DNA of 64,000 nucleotides from Paragordius varius (lineage: Eukaryota > Animalia > Nematomorpha), in NCBI GenBank assembly GCA_964247055.1, contig OZ176057.1:5518001-5582000 (forward strand), written 5' to 3'. Shown here piece by piece: positions 1 to 12,953 of this stretch. The notes under the pieces were generated by a model, which saw nothing but the letters and a program-made list of their open reading frames with translations, was not told where the DNA came from and searched no databases. A program made the position numbers and the translations under genes. How positions within the stretch are numbered: position 1 is the first letter of the stretch; the number at the start of each line of letters is the position of its first letter.

Positions 1-1996
1 AACCATAATTTTTAATAAGAGATTATATTAGTGTTATCGTTTAGACTGGTTTAAAATTTAAATTTACAAAACCTTAATGCTAAACTCTAACCTATTACCG
101 CTAACACTTGTGAATAAATCTTTCTCAAAGCTGTTATTATAGTTTTTGAGCCAAGTTTATCGATCTAGGTTTAAAGCACCATAAGGTTTTTGAGTTTGTG
201 GGCTAGGGTGAGGGATTGGAGTTGGTTCATTTTCTTACAGAAGTCCGCAAGACTTGCTCGGGCTACGAAGCAGACCCGAGACCCACGCATTTCTTTAAAA
301 CTTTGTCTCTAAATTTTTTAGCTTTTGATTTATTTTAGAAGGATATTCTTTTTTTCATATTTCTGTTTTTTGTTTAATTTTACACCATCTTATCAAAAGA
401 CTTTTAATTATCTCAATTTTATTTGACCGCAAACATTTTAATGCACAGATCATATTTTTATCGCGGTGTTTGGTTGATCGAAATTGAAGGTTTTCGATGG
501 GTTGGCCTTAGCTAAAGTAAAGGAATTTTTAATATATTGCGTATCCCTATTCCGGTTTTAATTACGGAAATATATTTGTTAATACCTGCTTATTTGTGAA
601 GTAACCTAAAAATTTAAATTTGAAAGCGATTTTTTTCTGTATTAGGACGTTTTTTTACGGATTTTCATTAATCTACGTTTAATGGTTTAAGGCGAGTTTG
701 TGGGCTAGGGTTATGTCGGGGTTTTGAGTTTCATGTTTTCACTTTTTAATTGCCGAATTATTAATAAACCGCAAAATAAATTTTATGCTAATAAACTTTG
801 AATCTAATAATATTTTTTATCATTTTTTATATATCAGAACAGAACAAAGTGACTCAACTAGACAAGAAATAAAGCTAACTCACACAAGAATGAATATGAA
901 ACTAATGACTTAACTACATAAGGAACAAAACTTACATAAATAATTTATATAATAAGATTCAATAAATGATGATAATGTTTGATATATGTTTTTTTTAAAA
1001 AAAATTAAAAAATATTCTAAGTCCAAAATTTTATTTTGAGCGACCGGGAGTAAGAGTGCTCAAAATACAATTTTGGACTTGGGGGCCTGCAACAAACTCT
1101 CATTATACTTGTGGAGAGTTTTTGCGCCAACTCTCTAATGGGGGAAATGAGCCCTCCTTCACGCGAGTGGGAAAAAACTCAAACGAGCTCATTTTCCCCA
1201 CCTTTGTAAAGGAGGATTTATTCCTCCCATTAGAGAGTCATTTGGCCCAAAAACTCTCCACAAGTATAATGAGAGTTTGTTGTGCAATCATCCCCAATGA
1301 GATCCTTGAGTGCGTGTTGCCATCCATCAGCTCCAGGCACGATTTGCCTTCTCCCCATCGCCTTGTGTCAGGTATCGTGGACATTCCCAACAGATCTCTC
1401 CTCCCCAATGTGCCAAAGTCCATCAACACCTATAAATTAAGATTACCTCGCAATAAGTAGGTTCCTCTTCCTGTGTCGCTCCATCAATCGTCCAGTCCCA
1501 AATCCCCAGCATTTGATCTGTCCAGGGCTTCTAGATTCCCCAACGTACGCTTTTCCCGCGGAGTTTATCCCAAAACACCTAAATTATACATTTACCTCGA
1601 ATCAGCAGGCTCTTTTCGGTTCGATCCTTCATTCACTCACGAATCCTTGGTTGCTGGTCTTGAATCACGTCCCCATCCCTGGTTGCCATTGGAGAAGAAG
1701 GCCTAAAGCCTTCAAATTAGCTCTTCCAACCAGCCTTCCCATATAATTTTTTTTCTGATTGCAATCATAGGCGCTTATATTTCCCAATACATCCATATAT
1801 GTACTCTGGTTTTCCAAATTGCAAATTACATAAACTAACAATTTTATGGACACCTAAACTTGTCCTTAGATTTTCTTTTTAATTAATTTTGATTTTTTTT
1901 ATTAACTCAATTCTAGGTTATATGCTCTCTTTATCTATTAAATCAGCGGAATTGGTTGGATTATGCTAATATATTTTATATGGGGTGCTATATAAT

Positions 1997-4900
1997 AATA
2001 ATAATTACATTATATGATATCACTCTTTCGAGCGGTCATATCCGTAAACTATTTCGCCATAGAACCCTGTCTAAGGCGTCTTCGCGTTTTAGGTTCAGTT
2101 TTGCCATGTCCCTCTTAACTGTATCTATCCATCGCGTTTTAGGGCGCCCTTTTCCCCTCTTGCCTTTTACAATATAATCGTCAATCTTTTTACCAATGTA
2201 ATTTTTATCTCTTCTTTCAACATGTCCGAACCATCTTAAACGATTTACCATCATCTTTTGGGTTACCGATTTGATTTCCGTACTTCCTCTTATGTAGACA
2301 TTCTTCACCTTGTCTTTCCTCGTTACACCGCACATCAATCTAAGCATTCTCATTTCAGTAACCTCAAAGTGCCTCTCTTCTGATTTCTTTATTGCCCATG
2401 TCTGTGAGTTGTACATCATTGTTGGTTGTACAACAGCACTGTAAATCTTACCCTTTACTTTTAGGTCAATATTTTTGTCGCACAAAACACTTGAGATCTT
2501 TTTGTAATTTGCCCAACTATTTCGAATTCTTAAATTAATATCAAGTGTTAAAGATCCATCAGCTGCTAGTATTGCTCCTAAATATTTGCATTCTTCCTGA
2601 CCTTTTAATACCCACCCTTCTTCTAATTCTATTTCTCGTTTTTTCCCACCAAAATTTATCAGTTCCGTTTTCTTTTTGTTAACTTTTAATCCGCAACGTC
2701 GTAACACATCCATCCATTTACCCACCGATTCTTTTAATTCATGCATCTCGTCGGACAGCACTATTAAGTCGTCTGCATAAAGAAAATACCAGCCATCATG
2801 TTGTCCTACTTCTTTTGAAATTTCGTCCATGCATATTATAAATAGTAACGGGCTGATTGCAGACCCCTGATAGACCCCTTCGTTTATTGTAATAGGACCT
2901 GATATTCCCTGGTGAGTTTTAATTTTGGTTTGGTGTGATTCGTACATGCTTTTTAAAATCTTTATGTAACTTTCAGGGACCTTTTTCCGTCTTAAGCTCC
3001 ACCATATTGTGCTCCGAGGTATTCTGTCAAACGCCTTTTCAATATCAATACAAATACCATGCAACTCCTTTTTCATTTCTATATGCTTCTCGATTAGCCT
3101 TCTTACTGCGTGAATTGGGTCAATGGTGGATTTTCCTGGAATAAAACCAAATTGATTACCCTCAATACTAACCATTTTTCTTATTCTTTTCTCTAGTACT
3201 TTCTCAAATAACTTCATTGTATGCGACATCAATCTTATCCCTCTGTAATTATTACAATCATTAATATCTCCTTTACCCTTGAAAATGGGAACAGTGAAAC
3301 TCTCCTTCCATTCGGTTGGTATCATACCTGTAGTAACTACATTATTAAAAATATCTGCCAAAAATTCAATACCTTTTCCTGACAATATTTTCCAACAGTT
3401 TATGTTAATATCGTCTGGACCTGCAGCCTTATTTATTGACATCTCTTCTAAACCAGCCTGGACTTCTTCCCTTGTTATACTTTCAATATGCGCAGATTTA
3501 TAATCTGGTGTTTCGGGTAAACTTGTTTCACTGACGCCCAATTCAAGTTCCTGGAAATATTCTTTCCACCTTTTCAATATTTTCGCTTCCTCAACGAGTA
3601 ATTTGCCTTTTTTATCTTTAATGGCTGTCGCATAAGGGGGCAAGTCCAGCTTTCTTCTTTGTCTTTGTCGAGCAATTTTAAAAACTTTGTTTAAACCTTG
3701 CTTACTGTTCAACTCTTCATATAATGATGCCGTCTTTTCTTTTTTGACCAATCTTACAAGCCTTTTAAGTTCCTTATTAATCCTTTTATATTTTTCCTTG
3801 TCTTCTGCTTGGTGGGTAAACCTCCACGTTTTAAAAGCTTTTCTTTTCTCTTGCGATTTCAGAATTATTTTTTCGTCTTTCAGCCATGCCTCTCTATAAA
3901 CCTGATTTCTGCCACCTTTCATTCCGCACACCTTAACTCCCGCCTCTCTTATATTTTTTGCCACCTGAGACCAAACACTTTCTGGATCACTGTTCCTCTC
4001 TAGTATGCCTACCGTTTCTACAAATCTTTCTTTACTGTTTCTTAGAGAATCCCATTTAATTACCTTCGGCGCTATAGGCTTAGGCTTTTTGGCATTTATT
4101 GGTATATCTGTCATATATTTACACATAATTAAATTGTGTTGTGTGCTAATCTGCAAGTTAGGTATCACTTTGCAGTCCAAAACAAACTTTAAAGACTTTC
4201 GTGGCACTAGAATATAATCAATTTGTGACTTCTTATTTCCACTTTCGTAGGTAATTAAGTGGCTCTCCCTTTTCGTAAAAAAAGTATTTGTTATAGCAAA
4301 GTTATAAGATTGGGCAAATCTTAATAAACTAGCCCCTTCTTCATTTATAACCCCGTAACCTTTTCCGCCGTGCCAAGGTTCAAAACCTCTCCTATCTTGT
4401 CCCACGTGCCCGTTGAAATCACCACAAAATATAATTTCTCTGTCTTTCGTTAATGAAGTCATTTCTGCGTCTAACAAATCATAAAATTTATCTTTCTCTG
4501 GTTTAGTTAAACCTATCTGGGGGGCATAAACGCTAAAGATAGTAAAAACCCTCTTATTTAACAATACGTCGACACTTATGATTCTACTGTCAGCACGTCT
4601 AACCTCAATTACTTGATTGGCAAATCTTGGGCACACTATTATGGCAACCCCACAGTAACCATCCGTAGAACCTGAATAAAACATTTTATAATTACCCTCT
4701 AACGTCTTAGTACCATTTCCACGGTATCTGGTCTCCTGAATGCACAAAAAATTTACTTTTTTTACCCTCATAGTTTCAACTAAATCATATAACTTACTTT
4801 TTAACGAACCAACATTTATACTGGCAAAACACATTCTACAACCTTCCTTATCCCTATTGGCCCCTACCTCCGTGCAGCGACTGGCCGGGTCTGGCCTGCA

Positions 4901-5347
4901 CGCCTTACAAAAAACACTCATAAAAAACAAAAATACAATAAAGAAGAAGAATAATGTAGATAATAAACACTAAGATATATAGTAACTAATATATAAAGCA
5001 ACTAAAAAAGAATCAAAAGATTTTAACCAAAAATATAATAATAATAATAATAATCTAAAAAAGAATCAAAAATTTTAACCAAAAATATAATAATAATAAT
5101 AATAATAATTAAAAAAGAAATACATAAATATATATCAATTAGTAAAAATGAAATAAAATAGAATACGAATCCTATTGAATTGGAATATTTTTCTAAGGTA
5201 ATTTCGTGCATTTTTTGAAAGAATGAGAAAAACTGATAAAAGATAGAATAAACTTGGAAAATAAATAGATAACAATGATAATTATAATATATGTTATAAG
5301 TAATAAGAATTGTATTTGAAGGTGTCGAGCACGCGGGTGTAAAAAAC
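1997..5347 (-). mobile_element. Full-length RTE-clade non-LTR retrotransposon (LINE)
   Basis: 19-bp direct repeat ATATGGGGTGCTATATAAT at 1978-1996 and 5348-5366 (TSD). Single APE+RT ORF, a ~425-bp AT-rich 5' UTR and a short (TTA)n 3' tail. Confidence 0.95.
2036..4921 (-). CDS. RTE retrotransposon polyprotein (apurinic endonuclease + reverse transcriptase), ~961 aa from ATG 4921
   Basis: Uninterrupted ORF. APE motifs NVGSL, CIQET, SVYAPQ, GDFNGHVG and SQIDYIL; RT motifs YRGIRLMS, QFGF, DIEKAFD, GVYQGSAISPLLF and YADD; RTE-type C-terminus LRWFGHV...GRPKTRW. Confidence 0.97.
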   Translation of the reverse strand: MSVFCKACRPDPASRCTEVGANRDKEGCRMCFASINVGSLKSKLYDLVETMRVKKVNFLCIQETRYRGNGTKTLEGNYKMFYSGSTDGYCGVAIIVCPRFANQVIEVRRADSRIISVDVLLNKRVFTIFSVYAPQIGLTKPEKDKFYDLLDAEMTSLTKDREIIFCGDFNGHVGQDRRGFEPWHGGKGYGVINEEGASLLRFAQSYNFAITNTFFTKRESHLITYESGNKKSQIDYILVPRKSLKFVLDCKVIPNLQISTQHNLIMCKYMTDIPINAKKPKPIAPKVIKWDSLRNSKERFVETVGILERNSDPESVWSQVAKNIREAGVKVCGMKGGRNQVYREAWLKDEKIILKSQEKRKAFKTWRFTHQAEDKEKYKRINKELKRLVRLVKKEKTASLYEELNSKQGLNKVFKIARQRQRRKLDLPPYATAIKDKKGKLLVEEAKILKRWKEYFQELELGVSETSLPETPDYKSAHIESITREEVQAGLEEMSINKAAGPDDININCWKILSGKGIEFLADIFNNVVTTGMIPTEWKESFTVPIFKGKGDINDCNNYRGIRLMSHTMKLFEKVLEKRIRKMVSIEGNQFGFIPGKSTIDPIHAVRRLIEKHIEMKKELHGICIDIEKAFDRIPRSTIWWSLRRKKVPESYIKILKSMYESHQTKIKTHQGISGPITINEGVYQGSAISPLLFIICMDEISKEVGQHDGWYFLYADDLIVLSDEMHELKESVGKWMDVLRRCGLKVNKKKTELINFGGKKREIELEEGWVLKGQEECKYLGAILAADGSLTLDINLRIRNSWANYKKISSVLCDKNIDLKVKGKIYSAVVQPTMMYNSQTWAIKKSEERHFEVTEMRMLRLMCGVTRKDKVKNVYIRGSTEIKSVTQKMMVNRLRWFGHVERRDKNYIGKKIDDYIVKGKRGKGRPKTRWIDTVKRDMAKLNLKREDALDRVLWRNSLRI

Positions 5348-6490
5348 ATATGGGGTGCTATATAATTAATGTATTGCTTGCATAATTATGATATATTAAA
5401 TTTTGCACATGGAACGCACAATTTCATTTAATTTATCTGATTATCACCAGGATTATACCGATAAAGTTATTCCACGTAAATTTTAGCCCTCTTGATAATG
5501 AAAAATTTATGGAAATTCTTTTATCAAATACATAAATATCATGTCATTTTATTTATGACTTCAAAATTTTAAAATATTCCTAAGATGTGGGATATATAAT
5601 TTGCCAGAAACACCAATTACGCTAACTCACAAGATTTTAACTTGCACAGTATATTAAATTATAAATTTTATTTAGGTTGACGTGTGCATAGATGCTGGAA
5701 AACGATACGATCTATCAAGGGAGATATTAACAGTACTACTCTTGTATTAACCAAAGTGTTTCTATACCAAATGATTAGTTATGGATCATCCGATGGTGTA
5801 ATCGGACCTGTTTGAATCACTTGGATGTTTCTTGAATGTTGATCTTCTTTAATTTGAAATTTTCTAATTAACTGTTGTTTATAAAATAAATTTTTAAATA
5901 TTATTTTAGCTATTATTTGTAAAATATTTTACGTTAAATACATTTTCGCTTATATGTAAAAAATATTCTAAAAATTGTATGACCGCAACTAAAGATAAAG
6001 TAAAGGGGTTTGCAAGAATTTATCGTTAAAATGGATATGACAAACATTTTTTTAGATTTCCCACCGGTAAATTTATAGATATATAATTGTTTTATTTAAA
6101 AATCGAATTGTATTATATTATATATATATATATATATATAAAATATGATATCAGTTATTTAAATAATTGGCAAAAAACAACCATACATTTTAAACATTGC
6201 AAAGTAGGAAATATTCATGTAAATTGTTAGCTCATCATATAAGTACATTACAATTTTCATTTTTTTTCACTATATATATTTATTGCGTTAAATAAATTTC
6301 GTGAATTTGTTCGATAAGGGCAAGTTAATTAAACAACTTAAAAAACCAGGATTGTAATAACACAAATTAATAAGCTAAATAATATGAATTTATTTATTTT
6401 CTGTTAAATATTTCACAAATATTTATATCATATAAATAGCTCAGTTTATTTTCAGGTAAAAGACGTGTTTTAAACCAAGATTAGAAAATG

Positions 6491-9400
6491 CTACAAAATA
6501 TCCATGCAAATTATAGCCTTTCGATGACCAGAATATTCTTTAACACCTATAGTTTTAAAGGCGTCTCCAGAATTCAGTAATTTCCAAAGCCTGGCTTTCC
6601 CGTCACTGCAAGCTAAAAAATAGAGAAAAATCACGTAAAAATAGTTATAGGAGAAAAATTAATAAATACTAAGTCTTTATAACTGTGGACGAAAAAAAAG
6701 ATGGTTATAAAGATTATATTTTTAGTGTTTTTATAATAATTACAAGGTTGGTAATAACCTTATTTTATTATATGTTTTCTATTTTATTTGAAATAAAAGT
6801 AAAATATTTATTTATATTCTAACTATAAAAATAAAACCGTTTTGTCCGAAAACTTTTCGATATAAAATCGTTAAAAATCAGAGTAAAAAGGACTTTAGAA
6901 CAAAAAAACTTTTGTTTGACTCTCAATATCTGTAAGCAAATTCTAAAAGGGAAATAAAAATATAATTTAAAACCAACCAGTTAATAAATATCTGTAAGAT
7001 GTAAGAATTTTTCCATGAGCGTTATTCATATTATAATGTTTATTGATTTTGGCATCCAAATTTAAATCAGCAGGCATGGAAAATTCTGAACTTAGGAATC
7101 GCGAACACCAAACCCATTTATTAACAGCTGGGTGTTCTAATTTCCAACATCCTAGTAATATTATTATTATAATGTAAAAATAATTATCATTTTTTAGCAA
7201 TAATAAAAGATTTAGAAAGTACATTTTTTTTCTTACAAATTACCCATTCTTATGAAGAAAAAAAAACAGAATTGAAGAAAAATATATTTATTTTTTAAAA
7301 AATATACATAATAAATATCGTCAACTATAAAAAAAATTAAACACATATCCGTACGAATTATTCTACCACCCGCCTATATATAAATTTTCAATCTAAATAT
7401 ACCATTTAGACATCAAATTTACCATGGAACAATTTAATTCACCCTAAAATAAATTATGTGTTCTTTTAAGATTAAAAATTACCTATTATTTGTTTAAAAA
7501 ATTAAATTTTGTTTGTAAATAAAATAATACGTAAAAATAATAAACTATTCGCCATAAAGATATATTTCATATAAATGATGACTTATATTAGCTACCCAAA
7601 AACACATAATTTATTTTTAGTGTAAATTTAAATTTCAAGGGTGATTTTAAATTGTAAATGGTATATTAAACGATTAATTAACTAAATTATATGTTCTATA
7701 TCAAAAGAACAAGGTTAGAAATTACTTCCATTAGCTTACTATCAAAGCCCAAAAATTAGCTCGTGTAATATTAAAAAATTTCAAATACCAAATTATATAT
7801 ACATAATCTTAGTGGTAATTTATTATTTCTTAAAAGGAAATTTCATGGTTACGTCTTTTCAATTTTGGCAATCAAGTTGTGTAAATTGATAATAAATGGA
7901 TGGTATATCGTAAATTCATTACAGTATAGCCCATTTATTTTGGAAATTTTATGAATATATTTCAATTCCAAATATCGTAAAATATATACGATCAAAACTT
8001 ATATATATATAAATTTAATTTATACGGAGAAAATGTAAAAATAAAACAAATTTTTTTCTTCAAAAGACAACCCCAACTTTTTTAAACCCTAATTTATATT
8101 ATTAAAACCATTTATGTCATTGATTGTGTTACCACAATATACGTCTCTTTTTTATAATTTAAATTTTAAAACAATCAGTTATATTTAAAAAAATAAAGGT
8201 TTAAAAAGTATGGGGTTGTCTTTTAGAAAAGAATATTTGTCTTTATATATTTACATTTTACTCTATATATATATATATATATATATAAATGTTTGTGTAT
8301 ATAATGATTTAAAAAAGAGCATAAAAAGAATTCGACGTAAAAATAAATCAACAAATCTCCTATGAAGGCTAATTTTAACAAAAATTAAAAAAATAATTTT
8401 TTTAAAAAAAACGGTTAATCTAAACTTTAGAATCAAGTTAAAATTATGTAATTATTCAAGAACCATTTTATCATTTCAAATCAAAATATTCTTAAACCTT
8501 ATATTACCCAAATTCAATTTATGGTTAAATTGAACAAATTATTTACTGCCTACATATTTTACCTTGATTTTGAGATAACCTTTCTTTGAAACTTTCATCG
8601 TGAGTGTTTGAATTCTCAAAAGTATTTCTCCATACTAAAGTTTGGCCTTTATCCGTACAAGTTGCTACATATCTAAAAAGTATAATACAGTAAAAATAAA
8701 GACAAAAACGTACGAAAAATCCTTCATTATAAGCTCTCTATCGCTTTGAGTTACAAATTTATAAGAGAGATGTAAATTGTTAATAATATATTATTTTTAT
8801 TTCAAAATCTTAATCGTAGACCAACAAAGTCCTATTGCTATAACGTATTCGCAATGTTGGCTGGGCCATAAAAATGCGTCGACGACAAAAGACAGTTTTC
8901 TAATGACTTTGGGCATGTGTGTTACGTTAAAAATTGCCTCAAATAACCATAAAGTATCAATATTATGAATATAAATTACTTTGTAATTAGAAAATCAAAT
9001 CAAATCAAAAGCCTTACCCTTGATAACAATCTTAATCATAATGGACAGATAAAATTAATCAAATGATCAAATTATAGCTCTTTAAATATATAAATATGTC
9101 GTTTTAATGCACCTTTATAATTTAATTGTTACTTAAATGATAATAATATAAGAAATTTGAAAAAATAAACAAGCTTACAACTTTTTTTCTAGAATTTTAG
9201 ATTTAAAAAAAGCCAAAAAAGTAATTTTCAAAACAAAATAAGATAAAATAACTTTGCATCAGGTGAAAATGTACAATTCAAAACGTATTGGTTCATTTGT
9301 TCCGTCTTGCTTTGGAAACAATGTTGATTCGTATTAAAATTATCAAAGCTTTGTAGTAATAAATTACCATTATCATCATTACAATACAAAACTTCGTCGT

Positions 9401-12400
9401 CCGAAGTTGGCCCATCACTGTTTACAATATCCTTCTTATTTTGACTTATTTGGGCAAAATTTTCGCCGCTCTTTTTATCTAATAAAGCGATTAAACTTTT
9501 TGTTAATATCGTCAACGAGAACAAATATTTTATGTTAAAATAATAGAGTGAATTTTTGTAAAAGATATTATTAAATTAAACTATATCCGAAATTTTCTAA
9601 TGGATGAATCAAAAACAAAAGAAAATAATTATAATAAGATACACATTGTAAAAAGATACCATGTATCAAAAATTTTGGATATAGTTTAATTTAATATCTT
9701 TTACAAGAATTCAAATTATTATTTTAATAAACTTTTTGAGTTTGATTTCGATTCAGATTCAGAGAAACCAACAGTTATTTGATGTTGGGGCGAGCCGATA
9801 CATTTTAGCGGAGTGCAAAATTCATACATACGGAGTTGAAGTGATTTATGAAGTGCCATATATAACACATTGGGAAGACACGTCCTAAGTCCACCATTGT
9901 AGGACAAGGTTGATTTTTTCAACGATCTTATATGATGGCGATTAGTATCTTGGCTAACATTGAAATTTAGGTTAAATATGTTGTTTGCCATGATATTATT
10001 AGTGTTGTTGTAATTAACAGAGTTTGGATGACCTGTTTGATTATCATTTTCTAAGGGAATTTTCAATAATTTAAATTATGAAAACCATAAATTCAAGGAT
10101 TTTTTTTCTATAAAATACAATTACAAAATGTCTATTCATTTTCGCAACCCAATACAAAAATGTTAGATTTTTAAGGAAATCAACGTTTTAAAAATATTTT
10201 CTTTATAAATAATATTGGTTTTATGCATTTTGCTTATATAATTATTTCGATTTTTACTCTTCTGATATGGTAACAAAAAAATAAAATTTTTTTTATACAA
10301 ATTTAATATAGAATTTCATATTCATCTCTTTTCCATTTGTGAATATTAAAAAAATTAAAAGATGGTCAAAAAAATAAATTTAACATATAATTTTAACATA
10401 AACATATAATTCTCTTTTTCCCAATATTAAATATAACTTAGGCAAATTATATAGAAATTAAAAATTACACAAATTTAACGCAAAAAAATAAAGTATATTA
10501 TAAAAAAATTATTATCTCAAAATAAAATTTGTTAATTATATAATTTACGCATTTGTTGTTTTTGTAGCATAATGGCAGTGTGTTTGACAACTTCAAACGT
10601 GCAAAAATTTTGTTCTTTATCGGAATGCGTATTCATATTATTATTCATAGCCCGGGTTATAATAGTTTCCATAGGCCAAATTGAACATAAACCCTTGTTT
10701 TATTATATATATATATATATATATAGCATACAGACATATTGTAAAAATTTAAAAGGCAAAATCATACTTTTTTGATTCTACAAAAAAACTATATATATAA
10801 AACAATTTTGATTTGGGTATCATTGATTGTAAAACTAAAATCTAACACAAAACAATTAAATATATTAAAATTACCCAAAACAAAAAATATAATATAGTTA
10901 ATTTTTATACCCTTAAATAAGTTTTAATACTAAAAATAAAACCGTAGTTATAAAATGAATTATGATATGTTTATTCTTTTTATGAATGCTTTTAATTTTA
11001 AAATAGAGCTGATATTATGTATTTTAGTCTACCATACAGTATAATGAAGTTTTTTTTATATCAAAAACGTAAGAACAACATTTAATCATTTTATTATAAT
11101 TTTTTGGAAGGTTAGTTTATAATTTAGATTTTTAACCATGTGCTTTTTGGGGTCAGTTTTTGAAAAGGGGCTATAAAGATATTTTAATTTTACTTGAATA
11201 CAAAATAAAATTGTTTAATTAAGAGACATAGTTTAAAAATTAATGAAAATTAAAAACTGAAAAAATATTTTAGAAATATATATATATATATTTACCTGGT
11301 CATTTCCAACGGCTATATATTTGCAAGAGGCATCAGTCGCCATACAGCATATTTGACTTTGGGGTTCTGGGATCTAATCAAAAATGAAAAAAAAATTATA
11401 TATTTTTTCAAATAATTACAATAAAAATTATAATTAGAGTAAAAATTGCAACATTATACGGACAAAACACGTAAAAATATAAAGACAATTTTTTTTTTCA
11501 AAAATACAATCATACTTTTTTATACCTTAATTAGTCATCCTATAAAAATGATATGATTAATAATAAGTAACAATGTAATTAATTATGTTACCTATACATT
11601 TTTTATTTTGTACTTAAAAGTTTAAAACAAAGAGTTATATTTAAAAAAAATCAGGTTTTAAAATTATGGTCTTTATAAAAAATTTGTTTTTATATAATTG
11701 CGTTTTATAGACAAAACGTAATAAGTTCTTATATCAAATATCTTTTTTTTTAAAAAAACCATTCATACGAGCTTATAGTTTTGACTGTTAAATTGTATAT
11801 ACATAATAACATATTCTCTATAAAAATTCAAAATACTTCTAATTACTTAAGTAAAAATTGGAATTATACGGACAAAATGTAAAAATATAGAGACAAATCT
11901 TTTTATTTAAAAGAAAACCATACTTTTTTAAACTTCATTTTTTTAAAAAAAATCATTGTTTTAAATTGCAAATTATAAAAATGAAATGTATATTGGTCCC
12001 ACAATTAATTCTATATATAACTATTGTAATATAATGGAAAAATTTAGGTTTAAAAAAGTATGGTGGTATTTTAGAACAGAATATTTGTCTTTATATTTTT
12101 ACGCTTTGTCCGTAAAATTTCTATTTTTACTGTATTTAGAAAACAGTATTGTTTTGCTTGTTTAAAAACCCCAACATTTATAGCTAAAATAAATTGAGGG
12201 GGGGGGTCTTTTAAAATATTATTTGCAGCAATAAAAATAATCTATATATATAATTACAAATGAGTCTATTGCATTATTCCGTATATCCCAAATAAATATT
12301 TTGCCTTCCCGACTTGCACAAACTAAATGCATCTGTATATTAAATATATATATATATACCATTTACAGTTCAAAATAAGCCCTTAACAATTCATATTCAC

Positions 12401-12903
12401 CCTTACTTGAACAATTTGAATTCACCCTAAAAACATTTGTGTTTTTTTAAAATTAGAAATTACCTTTATTTTATAATATGAAATTATCTTTAAAATTAAT
12501 ATAATACTAAAAAAATAATAAACTATGACATACAATTATATTTCTCATTAATAAAGAGTTTATATGAGGCCGAAAACGCATAATTTATTTTTTTGATTTG
12601 AATTGTTCAAGGTTGAATTTGAATTGTTCGAGGGTGAATTTGAATTGTTTAAGGGTGAATTTGAATTGTTTAAGGGTGAATTTAAGGTGTATATGTTATA
12701 TATATTTAACATTATATAAGAACCATTGAAAAGATTTTAAAGTTGTAATAAGTTTTAAACTTAGGTAAGATTGTCAATATATATATATATATATATATAT
12801 GGAAAACTACAAATTAATTACATATTAATAAAATTGTTTAAATAATTATCGATATATACTTGCCCAAAATATGATTTTAAATTAAATCAAATTGTCAATC
12901 GGA

Positions 12904-12953
<50 letters not shown>

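Noticed and set aside
2935-4973. Short plus-strand ORFs within the RTE
   Set aside because: Antisense shadows of the RT ORF.
4850-5347. HDV-like ribozyme in the RTE 5' region (known for some RTEs)
   Set aside because: Could not build the nested double pseudoknot; only a simple hairpin at the ORF start.
5400-5880. Possible terminal exons of another gene (plus CGIYNLPETP.../VDVCIDAGKRYDLSRRY*; minus LIRKFQ...DDP*)
   Set aside because: No phase-consistent upstream exon, no recognisable homology, and both strands give equally weak candidates.
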